Source: an uncultured Planctomycetia bacterium
Lineage (GTDB): Bacteria > Omnitrophota > Gorgyraeia > Tantalellales > Tantalellaceae
Assembly: GCA_964409365.1 (NCBI GenBank)
Contig: CAYPCX010000002.1
Coordinates: forward strand, 96,984 to 160,983
Reading direction: 5' to 3'
DNA length: 64,000 bases
Positions 15,001 through 27,000 of this stretch are shown one piece after another. The notes beneath the pieces are model-generated. The model saw only the letters and a list, made by a program, of their open reading frames with translations, did no database searches and was not told the DNA's origin. The position numbers and the translations under genes were made by a program. The number at the start of each line of letters is the position of its first letter. Within the stretch, counting starts at the first letter, position 1.

Positions 15001-18000
15001 ACGGCATCTATACTTCCACCATACCCGGGGAGTATATCAGGCCGTATCTGAGCGAGGACAGGGACGAGATAATAACGGGTATTACCGGTCCCGACACGTT
15101 CGTGGAAGCAACTGAAGAAGCGAGGAATCTGGCCGTTACCTCGATAAGCGCCGAATCCGCCAGGGTGTTCGCCGAGATGACCGCGGAGTTCGCGGCAAGG
15201 GCCGAACAGTCCGCGCAGTTCTTTATCGCGAAGGGCGGGGAAACCGCGCATTACGAGCTTGCCATCGACAGGGTCCGGGAGCTTGCCAGGGAAGCGGAGG
15301 CCGCGGCGGACAAACTTGCCGCCGAAAGCGGAGTGGACGAACTCAAGACGCTCCTGGACCATCTCGTCGTCGAGACCGAGACCATGCTGGTGAACTTGAG
15401 GGCCAACGAGGACGTTGACCGCGACGGGACGCTGGATACAGAGGACGAGAACGCTCTTGCTGCGGCTGATAACACCACCTGGACGGCGTTCGGTTCATAT
15501 GATATCGACTTGGACGGCAACATGGACGTGGCTGAAGATTTCGACCATGACGGCGTGCTGGATTACTTTGACGACCTTAACGAGGACGGCACCCCGGACA
15601 TCGGAGAAGATGTTAATTATAACGGTGTTCTCGATGACGGGGAAGATATCGACGGTGACGATGAGATAGACCCGACCGAAGACCTGAACGGGAACGGCCA
15701 GTTCGACGAGCCCCTTGAAGACATGGACTCGGACGGCAATTTTGACGACCAGAACGAACTGCGCGGGTTCTCGGACCTTTCCGGTATCAGGTCGCAGCTC
15801 ATGTGCATACAGGCCAGTTACACGACGCTGAAGGATGCGGAAGAGAACAATTACAACCTGAAAGCCCTGGCCGTCGATAAACTCTCGAAGAGCGTCTCGG
15901 AGCTCATGAAGGCCACTACTGCCCATGAAGCCCAGGCATTATATGAAGCCATGATCAGCACGCCGACGGTGAATGACGTTTTGCGCGAAGGCATTGATCC
16001 CGCCGAGTTCCTGGAATATATGAGGGAAACGGATACGGCCATAGACGACCTCCTGATATCCTATTTCGATAACTTCGTGCTGGATACCGACGGCCTCGAG
16101 CTCCGGGTGGAGATAGAACAGCTTGAAGCGGAGATGGAGACCGCGTACCTGGAAGCCATCGGTTCGATAAAAGCGGAAGCGACCGCGCTCGTTGAAAGCG
16201 CGGAAGAGGCGGCTATATTCTCCGTCATGGATACGGAGAAGGTGCTTGAGATCTACGCGGGAGGCGAATTGATCGGCACCGTTACCGTCGAGGACGGCGC
16301 TATTACGGCGCAGAACCTCGGTTACAACTGCCTCGCGAGCATCGATTCGGGAGGCATGCTCAGCATCAGCGACCAGGACGGGACACTTATCTCGCAGGGC
16401 AGCGTTATGAGTTACATCTCCGAAGACGATCTTAAGGCTGAGATCTCCAGGGCCCAGGATAACCGCAAGACCATAAACGAGAGCCGCGACACGCTGATAA
16501 TGATGATGATGAGCACGTCCAATTCCGACGTAACTGTCGCCATAGGCAACTGCTTCAGTATGGTGGACGAGATGCTCACGGATATCAACAATTTTATCCT
16601 TGAGCTTATCGGCACGGTCTCGACGGCCAGGGGCGCCTCGTATGAAGAAAAAGCCAGGCTTTACCTGAATATCGCCGCCGCCGCGGCCGTAGAAGTGGAA
16701 ACCTTGAGGCAGGATATCATCCAGACCGAATACAGCACGATGACCAACAAGGAAGCCGTCCAGGACCTTAAAGCGCGCCTGGCCGCTCTCCAGGCCAAGA
16801 GGAACGAGATACTGGTAGCGATGGACGGGGTCACAGGGGCGTACTTCTCGGTAGACGAGGCCAGCCGGGTAGACTTATCCAGCATGCTGGGGAGCGTCGG
16901 GTACATGCTGGACTATGCTATGGAGACGATAGTGGTGGTAAGGGACACGCTTGTCCTTTATGAAGGCGCCCTGGTAGATGAAGACCTTGACGATGACGGC
17001 CGTCTCGACGTGGACGAAGACCTCGACAATGATGCCAGGCTTGACCTGTACATCGAGGATCTCGACGGCGACGGGCATCTCGACGGGTTCGAGGAAGACG
17101 TCGACGGGGACCGCAACCTGGATATAAACGAGGATCTCACGCGTAACGGCGCCTGGGACGTGACAGAGGACCTCAACGCCGACGGCGACAGGTGGTTCGA
17201 CGTGAACGAGGACATAAATGCCGACGGTACTTTTGATACCGGCGAGGACCTCGATCATGACGGGAATTTCGATAACGTCGATGAACAGGCGCTAGCCGCT
17301 AGTGGGTATACCACCGTAGCCGGGGTTTATACTGACGAATGGTACGCGCACGAGCCGGGTTGTGACCTGGACGATGACGGCCGCATGGACCTCGGCACGG
17401 AAGACATTGACGATGATGACGTGTTCGATCTTACCGAGGACCTGGACGGCGATGACAATTTTGATATCACTGACGAAGAAGCCCTGGCCGCGGGCGGTTA
17501 CACGACCACGACATTGGCCAATAACGAGTATACCACGGTGTGGTACGCGCACGAGCCCGATTGCGATATCGATGACGATGGTTTCATGGACCTCGGCATA
17601 GAGGATATAGACTCGGACGGCAACTTCGACGACCTGTTCGAGGACATAGACGGAGACGGCAAGATGGACCTCGTGAACGAGAAAGATTTCGATAACGACG
17701 GCGTGATGGATATCGTTCCCGAACTGGATCTTAACGACGATGCCGTGCCGGATAACGAGATCGAGGTTGAAGTGGAGGGCGTTGTATACATCGTTCTTGC
17801 CGAGATAGACGTCGACGGGGACAACCGTCTCGACACGGTCAACGAAGATATAGACGGCGATGAAAAGTTCGACAGGGGAGAAGATCTCGACTGGGACCTC
17901 GCTTATGACGCCACCGAAGACCTTGACGGCGACACCGTATTCGATACCGGTGAGGATATAGACCACGACCGCAATTTCGATATCATAAATGAAGCCGCGC

Positions 18001-21000
18001 TGGCCGCTGCCTGGTATACCACGATCGCGGGCCAGTACACGAATGTATGGCACGCGCACGAGCCCGACTGTGACGTTGATGACGACGGCAACATGGACCT
18101 CGGCATAGAGGATATAGACGGGGACGGGGAGTTCGACCTCACGGAGGACCTCAACGCCGACAACAATTTTGATACAGGCGAGGATATCGATCACGACGGT
18201 AATTTTGATACGGGCGAGGACACCGACCACGACGGCGAGCTTGACGGCGGCGAGGACCTTGACGGTGATGGTGAGCTCGACCTCACCGAGGACCTTGACG
18301 GCGACGGGAACTTCGATATCACGGATGAGGAGGCGCTGGCCGCTGCCTGGTATACCACGGTCGCCGGTCAGTATACGAATGTGTGGTACGCGCACGAGCC
18401 CGACTGCGACATAGATGACGATGGTCATATGGACCTCGGCATAGAGGATATAGACTCGGACGGTAGGTTCGACACGACGAACGAGGATATAAGCTCGGAC
18501 GGTATAATGCAGTCCACCGAGGACCTCGACGGTGACGAGAACTTCGATATCGTGGATGAAGAAGCGCTGGCCAGGGCGGGGTACACCACGGCCGGCGGCT
18601 CTTACACCACCGTCTGGATCGCGCACGAAAGCGGCTGCGACCCGGACAATGACGGCCGCATGGACCTCGGTATAGAGGATATAGATAATGATTCGAACTT
18701 CGATGAGGTGTTCGAGGACCTCGACCTTGACAGGCATTTTGACAGCGCGAACGAGGATATTGACGAGGATACCACGTTCGACGAATTCAACGAACTGGCG
18801 ATAGCGGGCGCCGGTTACACGACGCTGAGCAACGATTTCACCACTGTCTGGCACGCTCATGAGCCTGATTGCGACCTGGATGACGACGGTTACATGGACA
18901 GGGGAGAGGACAAGAACGCCAACGGCGCCTTCGAGCTGGACGAAGACATCGACAACGACGGCCACCTCGACGTGAACGAGGACATTGACGGAGACGGCCG
19001 CCTTGACGTCGACGAGGATATTAACGGCAACGGCGTGCTGGACAGTTTCGTCGACTTCTATACCGAAGCCACGGGTATATACACGACGTTCACCGACCTT
19101 ACCTGGGACGCGGGCGACCTGGAAAGCATACAGGAGGCAAGAAGGGTCATCTTCGACGGCCTTGACAGGCTGGTCGTCATTTACGACATCATAGACCCGG
19201 CACAGCAGGCCCAGAGGGATAACGTGGATTCGTTCATCGATTACGGTGAGGACCTCCTCGAAACGCTGGGTGATGACGCGCGGGATATCTATATCTCGGA
19301 AGCCCAGGACAATAACGACGCGCTCTTCGATGAAGTGGAAGAGATTTACTCCGCGGCGGTCGCTTTTCTTGACAGGAGCTACACGGATATTACCATGGCC
19401 CGGGAGATGAGAAAAGCCGCCCTTGACGCGGTAGACCAGATCCTCATGCTCGAGAACCTGCCGAGCCTGGGAGCTTCATACAGTACGTTCAAGGAGACCG
19501 CCGCCGGTTACAGGCATGACCTGGAAGAGAGGCTCGATGACATAGAAGACGTCATAGACGCCACCCTTGAGAACAAAGCGGGTACGTACTACCAGGATAA
19601 GATGACCGAGTATAATGACCTTCTCCTCCAGCTGCGCGAGAAGAAACAGGAATACGAAGAAAAATACGCCAACAAGGCGGACGACACGCTGTACAAGCTC
19701 CTGAAGAGGCTGGAACAGGCGTCCGGCCTTATACTTTCCGACGCCGAAGGTACGAGCGCGGTCGCCGCGATCGCCGCCAGTGAGGAAGAATACGGCCTGG
19801 TCCAGCTCCTGGAAGGCGTATACCTGCAGGAGACCAAGGTCGCGGCCTGCGATGACCTCATAAGCGCCGAGATCGAGGTAGCCAGGTCGATATTGAGGGG
19901 CGAAGACGTAGACGATGACAACGTCCTGGATGTTGACGAGAAAGCCCTGGCTGAAGCGGGATACACTACGCAGGGCGGCAGCGGCGAATATACGACAGTA
20001 TGGATCGCGCACGATCCGGGTTGCGACATGGATGACGACGGGCACATGGATAAAGAGGAAGACCTCGACGGTGACGGTGAGATAGACAGCTTCATGGACC
20101 TCCTGGACCAGAACCCGGATATGACCGCCCTTGTCGACCAGATTGAAGGATGCGCGCAGGCATCTGAATATGCCCTGACAAAAGCCCAGGCCATATCGCT
20201 GGGTAATCCTAATAATGAGCACCTGAAGAATAAGGTAAGTGCCCTCGCGCGGGAAGTGGCCGATCTCAGGAACGCGGCCGATCTCATGAAGGAAGTCCAG
20301 ACGGTCGTGGAAAATACCGCGCGCGTGGACGACCTTTCCGACGCCATAGACGTTTACGAGTCGTTCATGACAACTACGGTCACGAAAGCCGCCACAGCGG
20401 ACGATACCGACAAGGAAGCGTATCTCTCGGCGCTTGATATGGCGGAAGAGGGCCTGGAAGAAGCCCAGGATACCGTCCTGAGCGATTCCATGGAGGCCAG
20501 CGACGCGACCGACCAGATCGTGGTGATAGCCAGCGCTATCAACGAATATGTGGGACTCTTCGATTCGTTATTCACCTCGCAGGACCTGGCCGACATGGTG
20601 AACTTTGTCAGGGGAAGGGCCTCGGCGGCCGTTATAAGCGCCCAAAGCGCCTCTTCTAGGGCTATAGAGTATACCCTTGACCCGGACGCGGCGGAGACCG
20701 AAGAGCTTGAGGCATGGGGCGACCTTCTGAACGCCAGGTCCGATATATCGACCAGCTGGGACGCGTATGAACAGGACACCGGAGACCCTGTCCTGGCGCT
20801 CGATGATTACGCGGAAGCCGTCCTGGATTATGAGGAAGCTTTCTATACCATCCACTCGGCGAGGCCCGGCACTTCCGATTACACGACCGCGATGAACGAT
20901 ATCGCCGGCCTTGTCAGCCAGGAAAGGAATTTGGCGAAGGAACTCGCCAATATCCAGGAGACACTGACGCAGGGCATCCTCCCGGTCCTGAGAGAGGAGT

Positions 21001-24000
21001 ATAACGAGTTGTACGCGGCCCTGGCGGAGGGGGATGAGCTCCTTGAGAAGGAGAGAGCACAGAGGCTGGAGCTCCTTTCCCTGGAAAGCGCCCTCGAACG
21101 CGCGGAGAACAGGGTGGTGATACTCGAGGCCAAGGAAGAAGCCGCCGAAAAGGCGCAGGAAGACCTGCAGGAGGCGCTCAACAAGATGGTACAGCTTTAC
21201 CGGGAGGCGACAGCGGCTTCCAAGGAACTCGAGAAAGCTGTCACGCTGGGCGGCGATACGGGGTATGAATACAGCGGCGGTATAACTTCCGAGGATGACA
21301 GGTGGGAAGCCAATGTCGTTTACTGGTCTTATGTCCTGGACAACGCGCTGGAATCCAGCCCGATAGACAGGAACGCGGAGGCCGCCAGTGATTTCTCCGA
21401 CCTCGCCAGCCAGCTCGTGACCATCGCCGACGCCGCCATCCAGCAGGCCCAGCTTTTACAGGTGGAGGTCAATAACGCCCAGGCGGAATATACCGAGGTC
21501 CGCCAGGAACTTGACAGCGCCCAGCTTGATATGGAGAACCTGCGTATCGATACCTCCGAGGCGAAGATGCAGTACAGCGCTATAGAAGACGCTATTTCCA
21601 GCGCCGAGGCGATAACGTTGAAGCAGTTCGTGAAATGCCAGGAACTCATGAGCGAGTACTGGGACACCTATCTTGACTATGAATTTGCATGGAACAGCTG
21701 GTGGGGCACGAAGCGCGAACTAAACCAGAAACAGGCGCTTGTGACCGAGGACGTGGCCAAAGAAGAAAAACTCCGGGCGAGGAGCGATGCCGAGCAGGAT
21801 ATGGACGACGCCTGGGAAGCCTATGATATCTTCAAGGCCCAGGCCGATATGGAGAACCCGGCGGATGTCGCCCAACTGGAAATTTATTATAACGAATACC
21901 TGGCCAAGAAAGCGATATGGCAGGCGGCCGGCCGTGATTATGATAATTATATAGCGGCCAGGGAAGATGACGCTGACCTGGAGGATAAACTGGAGGCGCT
22001 CGACGCCGCGTACAGCACGATGACCAATGCTTTGGACACGCACCAGGATCGCAACCAGAACTTCACGTCCGACCTTAATAACACCGCGGGTCTCAGGAAG
22101 GACTACCTTACCCTCAAGGAAAGGGCGCGCGAGATAAGGGAGGAGTACAACGCTCGCCAGAACGCCGGCGCGATGGCCGACGATACCGCTACCGCCCTCG
22201 CCGAGATCACCACCGACGCGGACGCCGTTATCGCCGTGATGAATGACACCGCCGATTTCATAAGCGACAAGCTCGGCCAGATGCGGCAGATATCTTCGGA
22301 AGTCACGGAGATCGCCAATGCCAGCGATGACAGCGCCGGCCTCAGCATGCCGTCCTATGTCAGGGATTCATACAGCAAGGTCCAGTACACCGAACAGATA
22401 GTTGCTTCCTATGAGGCGAAGGTGTATGAGCAGATGCAGGTCGTGGCGGAAGCCTACAGCGCCATGGAACAGAAGAGGAAGGACATGCTCGACGCGGAGA
22501 TCTACGTGAAGGTGACCGAAGCGGAGCTGGACAAGGCCATAGATGAAAGCAGGGACGAGACCGGCAAGGCTAACATGAACGACCCGCGGGTCAAGAACGC
22601 GGAAAGCATACTGGAGCAGGCCCAGGAGGATTACAGCGACGCCCGGGAAGCGTTCGAGGATGCAGAGACGGCCTACGAAGAAGCTTTGGACGAATATAAT
22701 TGCAGATTGGCAGACCTGGAAGTCGCTTACGGCGACTTAAGCGGCGATCCCGATGCCGACGACGACTGGATAGAGTGGGATCCGGAAACTTCACCCAGGG
22801 ACCGATTCGGTTACGGCACCGGCGGCGCTCTGGCGGACTGCCTGGCGTCTTTTGATCCCGACTGGTGGTGGGGTGACCACAGGCCGGACCTGTACGGGAC
22901 CTATACGGACGGGACGACCCCGTGGAACACGTATGTGAAGGACGAGGATTTCCCGTGGGACAAGGAGTGGCTGGACGACCAGAAGAAAGAGAGATACATG
23001 CAGTGGAAGAAGGCCCTGGACGTCAGGTACGCTTACCAGGTCAGCGAACGCAATTACGAGACCGTGAAGAACATGGCGCTCGTCGATTACGCGCGTTCGG
23101 TGGATGACGCTGTCAGCGTGGTCGAAGGAGTAAGATCCGATCTCGAATCGGCTCTCGCGGATTACCGCCAGGCGATAGAGGAAGAGGTCCTGGCCAGGAA
23201 CCGCTTGGAACGCTTGACCAAGGTGATAACCGAAGGGGATTTCACGGGCGCGGGGACCGAAGGCGCGATATTCCTGGCCGAGCTCAACAGCCAGAAAGAC
23301 GCGGCCCAGGAAGCGGTGGACGAGGCAAAGAAGAGAGTGGACATCCTTGAAGAATATATCATAGGGCAGGGAGGGCTCGAAGATGTTTATAACGAGACGC
23401 AGGACAGGCTCTTCGAAGAAGCGCGGGATTATTGCCTGGACGCCACGTTCTTCGACGAATGGCTCGATCCGGAAAGCCTCTCCGACGGCATGTTCGAGGA
23501 CCTGAAGTCCCTTGTCGGCCAGGTCTTTGACCGCGATACCGAAGGCGATATGTCCAGCGCAGCGGCCGAAGTGATGAAGATGGTCTACAAGGCGGAAGGG
23601 GTCGCCCTGAAACTGCAGGAGATCATACACGCGAAGGTGACCGGAGCGGAAGCAAAGTCCACCGTGCAGGCCATAACCTCGCAGCTGAACGACCTGAAGG
23701 ACGGCATCAATTCCGCATGCGCCGCGTTCGTGAATTTCTGTTCCACCATGGAAATCGAGTACGATTCCGCCAGGGCGGAATGGGAAGCGGTTAAAGATGT
23801 GGGCGATGAGGGCGACGCCGACATAAGCGACATGGAAGACAAACTCGCCAAACGCTCCAAATACCTGATAATGAAAGGCGTGAACGATTTTGGCCAGGAA
23901 GCCAAGATCTACATGGAACAGATCGAGGAAAAGCTTAAAGGCTCCGATCCCAACGCCGTTATTAACCGTCTGGACGAGCTCATGCAGATACTGGCGAAAG

Positions 24001-27000
24001 TCGGCGCTGAGGACGTGGAAAAGGATGAAATATACGCCTGCGTGGTCGATACCGGAGAGATACTGAACCGCATAAACGAGAGTACCGGGAGCATTGGGAA
24101 ACTGTACGGGCATTCCCAGCGCACGCTGTATTCCATGGCCGGCGTCATAAGCGCGGGAGCGGTATCCAACAGTTATGGCTACTCCCTGATAAAAGAAGCT
24201 ATCGCCAAAGCGAACGGCCAGCCCGTGGACATCATCGAATTCAAGAACAACCTGCCCGAGGGGTGGTACAAGTATTACGACCTGTGGTCGGATTACGCCA
24301 TAGAATGCATGGCGGAAGATCTCGGCGAAGAGCTGGTAGAGTTCGGCAGCGAGCTGTACGCGCGCGCGGCGGCCGATGCCGCGGACAAATGGGAGTATAT
24401 CACGGAACTCGAGACGAGCAAGAGGAACCTCTACTCCAAACGTGAGAGGGTGAATAACCAGATCAACACGATAGAGATACAGCTTGAAAAGGCCATCGAG
24501 GAATATGAGGAGGCCTGTGAGGCCTGGGTCCAGAGCGGCGATGAAGAGGGAGACCGTTCTTCCGCCCTCGAGATAAGGATGTTGAGCCGCAGGTTCGATA
24601 AGGAACGCCTGGAGGAAAGGCTCGAAGAGCAGGAGAGGGCCCTTGAAGTCCTCGGCGAGATACCCGGGATGGGTGGCCACCTTGACGAGATAGTCGAGAT
24701 GCTGGGCGGTAAGTCCGGCGAGCCGAAGGAGTGGACCACTAAATATACTACCGGGACGCGGGAGGAATGGCTTGACGATTTCCGCGAAACGACCATGGAA
24801 AACGGTAAACTGATAAGAGGTGATTGGTATTACTGTTATGACGCGGAAGACGAACAGTACAGGATCGCCGGTGACATGGGCGGCGGGTTTGACGGGGCCT
24901 GGGAAGATTACATGACCGCGTTCGAACGGTCCAAGAACGTCAGGATAGATGTGATAGGGTTCAAGGTCGAAAAGACGGCCACCATTTACGATACCGAAGA
25001 AACGCTTGTCGAGCCCAACACCGACGACATCGCTTTCACGGAGAACCCGCGCCAGGGCGATCCGATAGATTACGTCATATCCTTTGAGGATAACCGCATA
25101 ACGAATATATGGAGGACGGAAGAGGTAGCCGGGGAGAAGGTGGTCATCGAGCAGCCGGCCACACCCAAAGACGATAAATTCAGGGTATGGCTGGTGAGCG
25201 ACGGTACCGATAACGTCATATGGAAGGGCGAATGGGACACGGATTCGCAGATGTACGAGAACTATAGCACCGGGGTCGCGATAAGCCATACGGTCGATCT
25301 CTCTTATGAAGGCGAGATGTACATGGCGAGTTTCAAGACCGGTGAGTACAAGACCCTGGCCGAAAGGGTGGGGTCGCTCTCCAACGAGCTGTATCACATG
25401 CTCGGCGAGGTCGTCGGTAGTACTGAATATGAAAAAGCCGCCTCAGACGTATCCCTCAGGACACGTTCGGTCAACAACGGCCTGATAAAGCTGAGGGCGA
25501 AAATAGAGGACGCCGATTCAAGGAACGACGATTACGTGTCAGCCTCCGACCAGGCGGCCCTCAAGAAGGCCCTCACCGACAGCCTGCTCGCCGTCCAGAA
25601 CCGCGAGGATTTTTATAACGCCCTGGGAAGAGGCGCCACCGATGACGAGACGATACAGATCCTCCATACGCGGGTCGAGAGGTACGAGGAATTGATGGAA
25701 GAGCTGGCCGCGGACGTGGAAGACACCAAAACGTTCAGCCAGAATTCCACTATTATCGGCCTTATAGAGGACCTTGCTTTCATGGCGAAAGCGGCGAATG
25801 ACAAGGCCGAAGAGATAGGAGGCGCGGGCGCGGGCGACGCGGTCACGAGGGACGTCTGCGACCTGGCAAGGTCCGTGAGCCTCCTGGAGAAGATACGCCA
25901 GCAGAAGGAGGAGGAATATGACCAGGCGAAGGCGGCCTATGAGAACTATGACAGGGAGACCCAGCTGGAATACCAGCATTACCTGAACCTTGCCAGGGCC
26001 AAAGACGAACTGGCCGAAGAATATGAAGCAAGGATAGGCGAGACCGGACGGCAGCTCGGCGTGTATATCGGATCGAGCAATGCTGATTATATCAGCAGTA
26101 CCCAGGACGTCGAAGGGCTGAAAGAGCTCCTCCTCGATGATGACAGTTTGAAGGTCGTCGTGACCGAAGGTATATTCGGCCATATGCTCAAGCAGCATAC
26201 TAATGCAGAGGAGGAGATGGAACGCCTGGAAGAGGCCGTTCAGCAGAAGAGCGGCGAACTTGACGCCCTGCTCGGGGCGATGGACTGGAGCGACTCCGGG
26301 ATGCGGGTGGACCTGCTGAAAGCGAGGAAAGAATACGAGGATACGAAACTCGCGTTCAACGAGGCGGACAGGATAATGGAAGAACTGGAAGCCGAAAAGG
26401 AAAAGATGGTAAGGGAGATAGATACCATGCTGGATGAGCAGCTCCTCAATATGGAGAACCTTGAACAGGCCATAGAGGATTCAGCCAGCGCTAAAGAAAC
26501 GGCAGAGAACCTTGATCCCGAAGCGGGCCTCGATCCCGAAAAGAAAGCCAGCCTGGAGAAAGCCCTGGATACGGCCAAATATGAGCTGGATGAGGCGAGA
26601 GAGGACTGGAAGAACGCCCTTATCGCTTTTATAGACTTTACCGAACCGGGCGGCGGCATCCAGGGCTTTACCGAGACGGAAACGGCGATAGTGGACATAT
26701 ACAAGCCGCAGCTTCTCGACAGCATAGTGACCCCGCGCGTGATCGCCACGGATAAATCGACGGCCGAGACGAACGCGCTTATCGAGTTCGCCAATGCTTA
26801 TAAAGTAGAGGCCGAGGGCGAGGAAGGTGCGAGCTATTACCTTGACGACGACATGGAACGAATGGTTACCATGCAGCTGGAAGCGATGTATGATTCATCC
26901 AGCGACATCGCCGATATCGTGGACATACTCAATACTTCCGGGTACGGTAGCGCTATTTCAGGCACGATAGCGGATAAGGTCCAGGCGTTTGAGGAGGCCC

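Noticed and set aside
22791-25397. 868-aa minus-strand ORF
   Set aside because: Same reasoning: antisense to the conserved-motif-bearing giant ORF, with an unstructured His/Arg/Pro/Val-rich translation.
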